Shown: piece by piece, positions 46,420-55,276 of the stretch
Numbering within the stretch: the stretch's first letter is position 1
Layout of the letters: every line of letters starts with the position of its first letter
NCBI GenBank assembly: GCA_051532055.1
Contig: JAOPTX010000035.1
Coordinates: 1 to 55,276, forward strand
Direction of reading: 5' to 3'
Source: Fibrobacterales bacterium
GTDB lineage: Bacteria; Fibrobacterota; Fibrobacteria; Fibrobacterales; JAOPTW01
Length of the DNA: 55,276 nucleotides
Position numbers and translations under genes: made by a program
The notes under the pieces: generated by a model
What the model saw: the letters and a program-made list of their open reading frames with translations, nothing else
Databases searched by the model: none
Told to the model about the DNA's origin: nothing

Positions 46420-46530
46420 ATTAAAACAGTTGTGTTTGAGCGAAAAGAGTGCTTCGAAAGAGATTCAGTTCATTTAATACATAAAATCTATTGATAAACT
46501 TTTTTCAAAATGTATCTTTTCACCCGAAAT

Positions 46531-46603
46531 GGCGATATAGCCAAGTTGGTAAGGCAAGGCTCTGCAAAAGCCTTATCCCCCAGTTCGAGTCTGGGTGTCG
46601 CCT
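46531..46603 (+). tRNA. tRNA-Cys (GCA)
   Basis: Acceptor stem GGCGATA/TGTCGCC, anticodon arm AGGCT-CTGCAAA-AGCCT, T-loop TTCGAGT, U73 discriminator, CCA not encoded. Upstream promoter TTGATA-N16-TATCTT. Confidence 0.96.
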
Positions 46604-46610
46604 CTCGAAT

Positions 46611-46647
46611 AAAAAAAGCGGAAGTTCATTGAACTCCCGCTTTTTTT
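46611..46647. terminator. Bidirectional terminator
   Basis: A7-GCGGAAGTTC-ATT-GAACTCCCGC-T7. Confidence 0.85.
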
Positions 46648-46680
46648 GTGTCTATTTTATTGGTAAAAAAGCTTTTGCTC

Positions 46681-47193
46681 TTACTTCTTATAGGCATTCA
46701 TAGTTACTTTAACGGTTTCTTCACCTAGAACTTCTATGAGCTTTTCTTTTGATTTACTTCCACATTTTATTCTAACGAGATGGGTTCCAGCGTCAAGGTT
46801 ATGCATAGTAAGTGTTCCACCTTGTGTTGAACCTGCGCGTTCACCATCAAGCCATACCTTACATTTACCTGGTTTTGTTCTCAGTTCAATTTTGCCAAAG
46901 GGTATCTTAGTCGTTGCGTGGAAAGTGTTTACAGAGTCGGGCCATACACTGAACCGAGTGTCGACTAGTTCTATATCTTGATCCATAATTGTAAGATCAA
47001 ATCTACCTGATCGAAAGGGCATTTCGAGAGGTGTTTTTCCAAGTTCTTCTCCGTCAAGGTAAACAATTGATCCTCTGGGATCAGAAGTGATAATAACAGT
47101 GCCTTCGCCACCTCTTTCAGGAAAAGTGATCTCTTCTGCAAAGAGTGTTCCTAATGCAAGGAGCATAGTAGTGATTATTGTAAACAGTTTCAT
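46681..47193 (-). CDS. PEGA domain protein (two domains)
   Basis: Signal peptide; ITSDPRGSIVYLDG...GKTP; T.PG...V.LDG...L.AG.H. GAGG SD. Confidence 0.9.
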   Translation of the reverse strand: MKLFTIITTMLLALGTLFAEEITFPERGGEGTVIITSDPRGSIVYLDGEELGKTPLEMPFRSGRFDLTIMDQDIELVDTRFSVWPDSVNTFHATTKIPFGKIELRTKPGKCKVWLDGERAGSTQGGTLTMHNLDAGTHLVRIKCGSKSKEKLIEVLGEETVKVTMNAYKK

Positions 47194-47290
47194 GTGAGAC
47201 CTCAGGTGGTTACTAAAATTAAAGATAGATTGAAAATTTATATCGTAAAGGGCTTATAAGGGTGCGTTTAAATTACTCAATAAAATGAGG

Positions 47291-47494
47291 TTACTCACGA
47301 TCACTTTTGAGGAACATTTTGAGTGTTTCAGCGATTTTTTTCGCCGCTTCGGGGTCGATCTTCCGAGGAGGGTCTTGAGACATTTTTTGGGCAAGTGCCC
47401 GAGCTTTACTGTCGTACCGCTTAGGGAGCCCAGGACGGTTGCGGGTAAAGGACCCGTCGGGATTCAAGTATTGTGGTCGTGAACGGTCTTCCAT
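47291..47494 (-). CDS. Small basic hypothetical protein (67 aa)
   Basis: AAGGGGG SD; fills the gap between co-directional genes. Confidence 0.65.
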   Translation of the reverse strand: MEDRSRPQYLNPDGSFTRNRPGLPKRYDSKARALAQKMSQDPPRKIDPEAAKKIAETLKMFLKSDRE

Positions 47495-47550
47495 AGGTTA
47501 ACCCCCTTGCTTTGTTATAATGAGTATACATATTATTATGTAGGAGAAGC

Positions 47551-48930
47551 TTAAAAATATCGACTGAGATTGAGGTGGATGAATGATTCTCCAAGGGAGA
47601 GTTGCGGATGTGAACCAAAAGCCAGGCCAAGGGTGGCAACTTTAGTCGTTTGAGATAGTCCAAACCCATACCCTAATGCTGTTTCCCAGGTCTGGGAATC
47701 AATGGCATTATAGAGGAAAGGGTCGGTAAAGAGATAGAGGGCGTTTGAAGCGCTGAGGCGGAGTTGAAGTTCAAGGGGGGAACTGATGTAGCTTTGAGCA
47801 TAAAAAGCTCTATTACGATAACCACGTGAACCGGGTTGCCCTCCCAATTGATAACTTTCGATAGGGAGGAGGGGAGAGGCACTGAATAGTGTGCCGCTGT
47901 AAATGGCGGATTTAAGTACTATTATTTTAGAGACCGCGTAATAGAGGTGGGCTGTTACAGTAAATGAAAATTGATCATTTGAGAGGGAGTCTTGAAGGGC
48001 TCCTTTTGAAAAAGTGCTGATGGTAGTGCAGTAGATTCCTGATTGGGGCAGTTGGTAGCGATCACGAGAATCATGTGAAGCCGAAATCGAGGTAAGGTAT
48101 CGGTCGGTAGTTGAAAGTGAGTCAGTGATAGTTTGTACACCCAGTGAGATCCCTACAGTGTTTTTTCTAGATAAAGGAAGTGTGACCCCGAGAGACAATT
48201 GGGCACGTTGATGGAGGGCGTCTTCTTCTGTGAGTAAACCACTGAGGTTAAGCGTTAGAGGAGTGTTAAAGAGCCAAGGCTCGGAGTAATCTACAGAAAT
48301 ATCAGTGGCTTCTCCATTTGCATCATACTTAAATTGTAGAGAACGGAGTGTACCTACTATATTGAAAAAATCACCCTGTATCGACCCTGTGATTGGCTCA
48401 TTGGCATTACTATACCCAAAGAGAAGCTCTAATCGATTAATATGGGCATCTCGCACTGCTGGTGTTGGGTACAGTATGTTTCGATCGGAATGTTGGGCTA
48501 TTTCATCAGTAGGGGATTGGGGTTGTAGGGTGAAGTAAGGGCTTCTTTCGAGGGCCTGCTTAATTTCGGCTAGTTCTTTTTCTGAATAAGAAGTGCCGAC
48601 TGGAACATTGGCAAATCGACTGATAATTGAATCACTACTTTTACTGCTGTCTCTATTGATGAGTGGGCCCCAAAAATAGAGTTCATTGAGTTGGAGTACA
48701 AAGAAGCTTGTATCATTTTTATGAACGTTTCGTACTGCGGCAAAAGGGTAGCCATTGTTGTTGAGGTGATTGATGTAGTCATGGGCGATTATAGAGTCTC
48801 GTAACGGTGAATAAGGGGGCGTATAGTTGTTTTTAATAGAATCGAGAGTGGGAGAAGTGGGGGTGACTATAATTTCATGCCCAAAAGCTAGGGAGCAGAG
48901 GCTGAGTATGATCAAGATGAAAGTATACAT
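47551..48930 (-). CDS. Omp85 (BamA/TamA) family outer-membrane protein
   Basis: NNGYPFA (POTRA-like), N..G..R, YSEPWLF, DSRD, LGG..GSRGY, GYGFG, terminal F. Confidence 0.82.
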   Translation of the reverse strand: MYTFILIILSLCSLAFGHEIIVTPTSPTLDSIKNNYTPPYSPLRDSIIAHDYINHLNNNGYPFAAVRNVHKNDTSFFVLQLNELYFWGPLINRDSSKSSDSIISRFANVPVGTSYSEKELAEIKQALERSPYFTLQPQSPTDEIAQHSDRNILYPTPAVRDAHINRLELLFGYSNANEPITGSIQGDFFNIVGTLRSLQFKYDANGEATDISVDYSEPWLFNTPLTLNLSGLLTEEDALHQRAQLSLGVTLPLSRKNTVGISLGVQTITDSLSTTDRYLTSISASHDSRDRYQLPQSGIYCTTISTFSKGALQDSLSNDQFSFTVTAHLYYAVSKIIVLKSAIYSGTLFSASPLLPIESYQLGGQPGSRGYRNRAFYAQSYISSPLELQLRLSASNALYLFTDPFLYNAIDSQTWETALGYGFGLSQTTKVATLGLAFGSHPQLSLGESFIHLNLSRYF

Positions 48931-51878
48931 TAGAAATAGGCCCGGGCTTGCGCGTGAAGTGATTGAAAATCTTTACCTGGTTCAATACGGTAGAGATAGT
49001 TACATGAAAGGGTGAGAAATTCTTCGAGATTTACTGAGGCTTGGGCGGTGAGTCGGTGGGTCCAGCCAGGAGAAAAATTATCACTCCAGTGGGCTATATA
49101 CTTAGTCTGAGTTGTACTCACCGTATTAACTGATGAACCACCTGCTTCAATGGTTATCTCTTTCTTAGGTTGAATGGTTAGAGTGTAAATGAGGGTGTAC
49201 ATATCGGTGATAGTCTCAACTGATTGGTAGGTTCCTGTTGTTTGTGCAAAGTGAAACCCTACAAGTGGAGTGATAGCTGGGGAAAAGCGGTATTGAAGCT
49301 CTCCTTTATAATCTTCGCGGGCAAATGAATAGAGTGTTGTGGGTGAGAGAGTGCTATGGTCAAGGCGGCTACGATTACTGAACTGTATGAAAGGATAGAG
49401 CCAGAGTTTGGTAAATAGTTTCCCCCACCCTTTAAGAGTGTGTGAGCTGAGGGTTGCTGAAAGTGAATTGGGTAGTGAAGAAGTCATGGGGGTGAGGGTG
49501 TTGGTTTCTGTCCTATGGTGATTGGTGTAGGTGTATGCCCAGTGAGATGTGTGCTTTGGGTGAGTCCACTGTACGGTGCTTTCGAAAAACTGTTCGCCGT
49601 CAAGTCCTGATTGAATAAGTGGCTGTGGGTCAAAGAGAGGATAGAAATTTTGGGTGGTACTATCCTGTTGGCTCCAGCGGTATAAACCAGAGAGGAATAT
49701 ATCATGTAATATACCCTGGGAAATTAGGGCGCCAGGGTTCAATGCTATTGAGAGCGAAGTAGAAAGGGAGTATCGTGTAGACCCTGAGGTGAGCGTATCC
49801 CGAATATCCCCTCTATAGATATAATCTCCGTCATCTACGCCTTCAACGAATTCTTTAGAGGTTGAATCATACCGTATGGTACCGGTACCTTCTGGTACCT
49901 TCTCGTAATAAGGGATCCAACTCTGATCAGTACCATTTTCTAATGAGTAAGAAAACTGTGAAGTTACCAGATTGTTTGGAGTTGAGAGAGAGTGTTCACT
50001 TGAAGTACTCCAAAAGAGTCCAGATCCAATGGTGCGGGTAGAGTGTTTTCTCATGTTGAGAGTGCCGCTGCTGTTCCACCATGGTGTAGGATTGAGTACA
50101 ATTGATTGAGAAAACTCGAGTGCTTGAGTTGAGTCGGTTAGGCGTTTGGTTGTAGGGAGGGTTGTACGGATTTGGTGATGCGTTGCTGTAGAAATAAATT
50201 CAATTGAAGGTTTAGTGTAGTGTGCCCCTGTGGAAATAGTGGATGTAAAAAGGCGAGTTGATGTGGGCGCAGTGTAATAGGCCATGCGGGAGTCCACAAA
50301 TGGAACTAATGACCAGGTGAGTAGTTTTGCCGAAAGCGTGTGCCCGGTCCGGGTAAGGTGTGGTGTGTTTCTAAAAAGCGAATATTCAGGAGTAATAGCT
50401 GTTCCATAAATCATCGTATGAGTAACTTCTGACATGAGTGATGCACTCCGTGATTGGTGCTTAAGGGAACTGCTATATCTCTCACTATTGCTATTGTTTG
50501 TGATGTTCTGTAGTGGGCTACTTGCATTAGCGTAAGCCCAGCCTGTACTGATAGAGGTGTGTGCGGATGGATACCATTCTAAAGAGATGTTGTCACTTTT
50601 AAAAGAACCCCTCGGAATGGAGAACCCCCACATGTTTTTAAATTGCTGCTCTTCGAAAAATTCAATAAATGTTTGGTAGGAGTGGTCTTTATAAAAGCCC
50701 TTATAGGTTGCCCTCACGGGAAGTTTCGGTTTGTGACGACTGCTATCAGAAGTGTAAAGAAGCGAGTAAAGCCACCCTCTCTTTTGGGAGTGTGGAGTAA
50801 TGCTATTACTATCTTGTTCAGAGAATGAGACCTCATTATGAAAATACCATCTATTATGTATAGTTGCATCGGCTGTGACCCCTGTAAGTAGATGGCTCTG
50901 GGGGGCGGTTATGGTATCAGAAAAAGAATCAGTTGACAGGAGATACTTTTCGGATGGGGTGAGTGGGGTGCCATTAGGTTGGTCTTTATCAGTCCCTGAA
51001 TAGATAATTCCAGCGGTAAGTGATAGGATTGAATGGGTAATAGAGTTGCTCAGTGCAAAGGTTTGGGATTGGAGATCTGAGAGAATATATTCATAGGATA
51101 TCGTTATGAAGTCTTTAGAAGAGATAAGGTGTTTCGATGAAAAATATATAACCCCTGTCCCGTACTCAAGAGAATAGTCTTCTTGAGGACTCATGAGGTG
51201 GCCATTTACCCAAACACTTTCTGAGCCGGGGACAATTGATACAAAACTTCCTTCTTTCGAATATAGTTGAAAGCGCGTTTGTAAATCATTTGACCCATAA
51301 AAAAGTGTGGTATGGTGCGCGGTTGATTTGCTGCCATAACTCATGTGGGAATTGAAATGAGAGGAATGAAATTGAATATTCGCTCCGCGACTTAGCTGTG
51401 ACAAGGCGGTAAACTCTTGTGTCGTATGGTTAATCTGTATATCTCCAAGGGTGGCAGAGAAATGTGCTCCTGTCAGTTTGAGGTACAGTTTATCGATGTC
51501 GTTAAGGCTTTGAGTGTTTCCTTGAGCGACCATTGGCATATTGCGATCGTGTAGTTTTGACTCAAGATAAACCCCTGGGCTCAATTCACCATGAATGAGT
51601 AAATCCATTTCTTGTTCAAAAAGGAGGGTGGAGCCTGAGCCGTTGGTAATAGAGAGTGTTTTATATCCCGATACAGTAAGGGGAGATATAGAAAGGCTCG
51701 GATGTTGATTGAGTGTTGCTGATTGGGTGGTATCAATGATACGTCTTTCGATGACTCGTGGTGTCGTGGCGGCTGTGCGTGAAAAATGTTCTAGGGTGTC
51801 TAATTGTGGTTTGGATGTTTGGGCAACTATGGGTAGACTCGACAGTACACAGAGAAAAATTACTGCGAGGAATTGCAT
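48930..51878 (-). CDS. Large outer-membrane beta-barrel protein with SprA-like N-terminal motifs
   Basis: Signal peptide; SGYKT..I..G...EQE..L...G.L; GNTQSL.DIDK; GD; IVPGSE.V.VNG....DY..EY..G...F; terminal ARAYF. Confidence 0.7.
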   Translation of the reverse strand: MQFLAVIFLCVLSSLPIVAQTSKPQLDTLEHFSRTAATTPRVIERRIIDTTQSATLNQHPSLSISPLTVSGYKTLSITNGSGSTLLFEQEMDLLIHGELSPGVYLESKLHDRNMPMVAQGNTQSLNDIDKLYLKLTGAHFSATLGDIQINHTTQEFTALSQLSRGANIQFHSSHFNSHMSYGSKSTAHHTTLFYGSNDLQTRFQLYSKEGSFVSIVPGSESVWVNGHLMSPQEDYSLEYGTGVIYFSSKHLISSKDFITISYEYILSDLQSQTFALSNSITHSILSLTAGIIYSGTDKDQPNGTPLTPSEKYLLSTDSFSDTITAPQSHLLTGVTADATIHNRWYFHNEVSFSEQDSNSITPHSQKRGWLYSLLYTSDSSRHKPKLPVRATYKGFYKDHSYQTFIEFFEEQQFKNMWGFSIPRGSFKSDNISLEWYPSAHTSISTGWAYANASSPLQNITNNSNSERYSSSLKHQSRSASLMSEVTHTMIYGTAITPEYSLFRNTPHLTRTGHTLSAKLLTWSLVPFVDSRMAYYTAPTSTRLFTSTISTGAHYTKPSIEFISTATHHQIRTTLPTTKRLTDSTQALEFSQSIVLNPTPWWNSSGTLNMRKHSTRTIGSGLFWSTSSEHSLSTPNNLVTSQFSYSLENGTDQSWIPYYEKVPEGTGTIRYDSTSKEFVEGVDDGDYIYRGDIRDTLTSGSTRYSLSTSLSIALNPGALISQGILHDIFLSGLYRWSQQDSTTQNFYPLFDPQPLIQSGLDGEQFFESTVQWTHPKHTSHWAYTYTNHHRTETNTLTPMTSSLPNSLSATLSSHTLKGWGKLFTKLWLYPFIQFSNRSRLDHSTLSPTTLYSFAREDYKGELQYRFSPAITPLVGFHFAQTTGTYQSVETITDMYTLIYTLTIQPKKEITIEAGGSSVNTVSTTQTKYIAHWSDNFSPGWTHRLTAQASVNLEEFLTLSCNYLYRIEPGKDFQSLHAQARAYF

Positions 51879-52334
51879 CTATAATAGTGGTTTTTTAGAG
51901 ACGGTAAATTGTCGAGAATCGAGAAGAGAACGGTGTGTGAAAAAATCAACGCTCCAGTTTCCGGTTGTGAGTTCGTTTCTTCCAATAGATGAAATACAGA
52001 GTGTTGAACGTGGTTGGCACGCGTGTTTTTTAACCACGGTATTTTCATTGTACCATGTGTGCTTTGATGTTTGGATTGCTGTATCGCTTTTTGTATAAAA
52101 ATAGATACGGCGTTCAAATTCAAAAAATGATTTACGAATATCGACGGGCTGTTTTTGTACAATATTAGTACATATATACGAGTTGATATATGTTCGTGTT
52201 TCAGTCGGGATTTTTTGGGGAGCTATTGGTGAATTAAAAAACTCTACAGCACGAAAGACTACTGAAATTAAAATCAGTACAGACACTACGAGGGTAACTT
52301 TTCTGAGTTTTATAACAGTTTTATTGAGTGGCAT
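51879..52334 (-). CDS. Membrane-anchored DUF2914-like Ig-domain protein
   Basis: TM segment; ICT.I..KQP....F......IYFYT, H.WY, GNWSVD. Confidence 0.72.
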   Translation of the reverse strand: MPLNKTVIKLRKVTLVVSVLILISVVFRAVEFFNSPIAPQKIPTETRTYINSYICTNIVQKQPVDIRKSFFEFERRIYFYTKSDTAIQTSKHTWYNENTVVKKHACQPRSTLCISSIGRNELTTGNWSVDFFTHRSLLDSRQFTVSKKPLL

Positions 52335-52481
52335 AGTTCTCCATAAATCAAAATATAATTTTTATTTAATAGAGTGTGCTATTTGCTGTGGATGAATTGG
52401 GTTTATTGGAGATGAGGGGCTCTATTTGCTTTTTGGATTAGATAATTATACCTTTTCCCTATTACAATACTAAGGGATACT

Positions 52482-53372
52482 ATGAATTATTTGTTACACA
52501 TTGGACTTCTTCTCATTTTGGGTGCAGGCCTAGGATGGTCAAAAACAAATAGCCATTCAAATAAGGCGGCAATTCGATATGCGGCTAATAATTCTCTTAC
52601 AACGATAGTTTACCCCGCAACAAATAGTGACTTGTATGCGCCGGGCTCAGGGTGGAACCTTGTATGGGGGGATGAGTTTAAGGGGAATGCGTTAAATGAA
52701 AAAAACTGGACGCGACAAAAGCTACCGGATCCTTATAATGATGAATGGCAGGCATATGTGGATAGTCCGAAAAACTCGTATGTAGAAGATGGCTATCTCG
52801 TGATAAAGGCGATTCACACAGGAAAAGTTCATGCTGATAAGCAGTACACATCGGCGCGTCTTCATACTGGGGGCAAACAGTCCTGGAAATATGGGAAGAT
52901 TGCAGCACGTATTCAGCTTCCTCATGGTATGGGGATCTGGCCTGCATTTTGGATGCTCGGGGCAAATATTGACGAGATTGGCGGCGATACCCCTTGGCCA
53001 AAAACTGGAGAGATTGATATTTTAGAGCTCTATGGGTTTCGGGACAACGGTGTGGTAGAAGCAAATATACATTATGACTCTGATGGACATAAAATGATGG
53101 GTGCGAAGTCGTATAAGCTAACGTCGGGGATATTTGCTCAGCAATTTCACCTTTTTGAACTCATTTGGAATGAAAAAGAGATGCGCTGGTTGGTGGATGG
53201 TGTGGAATATTGTACTGTAGATATTTCAAAAAGAGGAATGGAAGAGTTTCATAAAGAGTTTTATATCCTTTTAAATGTAGCAGTGGGTGGGACTTGGGCA
53301 GGACGCCCTGATGCAACTACCCCTTTCCCGGCACTTATGTATGTTGATTGGGTTCGTGTTTATCAGAAATAG
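52482..53372 (+). CDS. Glycoside hydrolase family 16 (laminarinase-like)
   Basis: Signal peptide; WNLVWGDEF, YTSARL, GIWPAFWMLG, WP.TGEIDILE, FYILLNVAVGG, VDWVRVYQ. Confidence 0.95.
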   Translation: MNYLLHIGLLLILGAGLGWSKTNSHSNKAAIRYAANNSLTTIVYPATNSDLYAPGSGWNLVWGDEFKGNALNEKNWTRQKLPDPYNDEWQAYVDSPKNSYVEDGYLVIKAIHTGKVHADKQYTSARLHTGGKQSWKYGKIAARIQLPHGMGIWPAFWMLGANIDEIGGDTPWPKTGEIDILELYGFRDNGVVEANIHYDSDGHKMMGAKSYKLTSGIFAQQFHLFELIWNEKEMRWLVDGVEYCTVDISKRGMEEFHKEFYILLNVAVGGTWAGRPDATTPFPALMYVDWVRVYQK

Positions 53373-53534
53373 CTCAAATATTTGTCTATTCAAATTGAGT
53401 TGAAAAAAAATGAATGTACTTAGAAATATTTGCGTATGGGGAATATTGTCATTGTTTTATACAAGGGGCGAGTTCATTTATTGACTTAACTCCTTTATTA
53501 GTGGCCCCTTAAACATTGTAGAATCTATGTTCTT

Positions 53535-54371
53535 TTAACGGCATTTGTCGAGATTTACATTGAATTGAAGTATGTCTCCATTTCTTTTGCTGAATGATTC
53601 ACAGATCATCTCCTTTACACTGTTTACTTGCGAGTGTATTGATTTGTCGTAGTAAAGCCATTTCTTTTTAAATTTTGTTCTTTGTAGGCTATCTATCTCT
53701 GCTTCAGTCCAGAGTGCTTTAAGAGTGTCGGAATTAAAAAAGTATTGGTTTGCAAGTCTGGGGGCGGGGAGTGATTTGTCGTAGGTAGATGCCGATTTAA
53801 ATTCACCAAGAAATTCATCCTTAAACTCTGTTTTTATTTTTCTCAATTGATATGAAAGCGAGTAATAGGTTTCTGAAAAAAGAGAGTCGGGTTCAACGCC
53901 TTCGAGGACTTCATTCCATGGGGTGAAAGAATAAATATTGTCGGCTGAGATCACTCCTTTAATGTAAACCTGAAATCCTTGACCGTGTTCTCTTAAATCA
54001 GTAATTATAGGGAACTTTCGTTTTATTCCAAAGGGGTTCCAGATTTTCCCTATAGTGTCGCCCACATGATTAATGAGGGCGGTCGTATCGAGAAGCTTGT
54101 ATGAGCATTGGTTGGTTTGGTTGTGATGACATGAGAGAAAATCCTGATCTACTTCTGTTTCAGCGAGCTCGGCTTTTGTCTCAATGTATGGCTGTGACTT
54201 GCGGGTAATAATTCCTTGGGTGACATAGGTGCTGTCGTAGAGTTCCGCAAAGACTTTCCCGGTAGTTATGTCTTTGATGGGTGTTGATCCTTTGATAAAG
54301 AGGGCGGACGAGTCGGTAAAGTTGAGGATTAAAATGAAGAAAGAAAACAGAAAAGTATTTGGTGTTTTCAT
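53535..54371 (-). CDS. Hypothetical exported protein
   Basis: 278-aa ORF with AAGGAG SD and signal peptide. Confidence 0.75.
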   Translation of the reverse strand: MKTPNTFLFSFFILILNFTDSSALFIKGSTPIKDITTGKVFAELYDSTYVTQGIITRKSQPYIETKAELAETEVDQDFLSCHHNQTNQCSYKLLDTTALINHVGDTIGKIWNPFGIKRKFPIITDLREHGQGFQVYIKGVISADNIYSFTPWNEVLEGVEPDSLFSETYYSLSYQLRKIKTEFKDEFLGEFKSASTYDKSLPAPRLANQYFFNSDTLKALWTEAEIDSLQRTKFKKKWLYYDKSIHSQVNSVKEMICESFSKRNGDILQFNVNLDKCR

Positions 54372-54678
54372 GATAGACTCCTTTAGAGTATTTGTTACAA
54401 ATGAAAATTTAGCAAGCGCTAGTGCCGTTAAGTAATCGCTAACAATAATTTTACCTAATACATTTTCCTATTACAGATATGTTCTTTTGTGGTTGTAAGT
54501 GGGGAAAGTGTTTATGGCTTGTTGTAAGTCTCCATCTAAAATAAATAAAATAGTACTAAAATATGTAAGCAATTGGCTAGAGAGATAATTATAGGCTTTT
54601 GTTTGAAGTTGTGATATACTTAATGGACTATAAAAATATGGTACCGGTTTAAGGGTTCAGCTAAGTTGAGGAGAAACG

Positions 54679-55113
54679 ATGAATTTTAGTCTTTATAGCT
54701 TGAGAAGTTTAAGGTCGATATTGACGTATACTTCGATTGTGCTAGTTTCGGTTCTTATATATAAGTGGAAAATGGAATTTGTAGTTTCTTCAATAGGGAT
54801 TAGTATACTGTTTATCATTGTTGGGGTGCCTGTTTTGTGGTATTTTCTATCTACGATGCATACTCTGGTTTTTGAAGAGGCGACTTTGGTTGTAAAGAAT
54901 GAGATACCCTTTTATAAACCTATAGAGTTCAGGACAAAGAATATTAAAGAGATGGGTATTGTGAGCAGTGCTGCTCGTTTAAATAAGCTCAGAGTTGTAA
55001 TGGATGATCATACAGTGAAGCTTTTTGTTGTTGATTCTTTGAGTGATAAAAAGATTGGGCATCTTGCTCGGCTCTTAAATAAGTACCGTATTAGTCATCG
55101 TCTCTCAGTGTGA
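54679..55113 (+). CDS. Hypothetical membrane protein
   Basis: GAGGAG SD; two TM segments plus a small soluble domain. Confidence 0.7.
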   Translation: MNFSLYSLRSLRSILTYTSIVLVSVLIYKWKMEFVVSSIGISILFIIVGVPVLWYFLSTMHTLVFEEATLVVKNEIPFYKPIEFRTKNIKEMGIVSSAARLNKLRVVMDDHTVKLFVVDSLSDKKIGHLARLLNKYRISHRLSV

Positions 55114-55276
55114 TGGGTATGTTATTTTTGGGGTGAGTTTCTTCTGAAAATTTTATTCAGTTATGTGGTTCAAGTTCCTTGGTTGTTTGCTAATGAACTA
55201 TCTGAGGTTGGTTCCTCTTTACAGACGAAAAGTCTCATAGATAGTTCGTGTTACTATTAAAACATAGAACGGCCAC

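Noticed and set aside
46491..46703. 70-aa ORF over the tRNA, and tRNA-Cys as an island integration site
   Set aside because: The ORF is a shadow of tRNA-Cys and its terminator. No duplicated tRNA 3' end or adjacent integrase was seen.
47515..47545. dif-like sequence (ATAATG...TATTATGT)
   Set aside because: Arm spacing does not fit the 28-bp dif consensus and the XerD arm TTATGTTAAAT is incomplete.
53463..53510. AAGGGGC...GCCCCTT hairpin as an ncRNA
   Set aside because: Short arms with a large irregular interior; at most a weak terminator between convergent genes.
54411..54427. Sigma-54-like CGGCAC-N6-TTGCT upstream of 53535-54371
   Set aside because: Spacing is GG-N11-GC, and sigma-54 requires N10.
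55219..55276. Possible 3' end of a minus-strand CDS entering from the right edge
   Set aside because: Only 18 codons are visible, which is not enough to support a call.

Overview
A gene-dense, roughly 40% GC bacterial chromosomal window from a Gram-negative FCB-group organism. Fibrobacterota is the most likely phylum; this is inferred from the combination of LpxB, futalosine-pathway enzymes, PorV-like barrels, T9SS-type C-terminal domains and Ser-rich lipoprotein linkers, not from any search. Housekeeping genes include pyruvate:ferredoxin/flavodoxin oxidoreductase (runs off the left edge and is absent from the ORF track), M32 carboxypeptidase, rnd, xerC, proS, mqnE, rlmN, lpxB, murA, glmM, rpmB and a tRNA-Cys. 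These are interleaved with many uncharacterised envelope proteins. I found no CRISPR array, rRNA, prophage or transposase. The most promising signals are: (1) a tightly coupled DUF2914 / large SprA-like barrel / Omp85 operon, alongside two PorV-like barrels and CTD-bearing proteins elsewhere in the window, two of which are paralogous 'CTD-only' proteins flanking xerC; (2) a lipoprotein with about 22 Bacteroidetes-type O-glycosylation sequons; (3) a structured 5' leader with an alternative SD-sequestering helix, upstream of an OmpA-type barrel in which a polybasic tail stands in place of the OmpA domain; (4) clean sigma-54 and sigma-28 promoters, and a recurrent leaderless-gene architecture. 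All family assignments come from motif recognition by eye.
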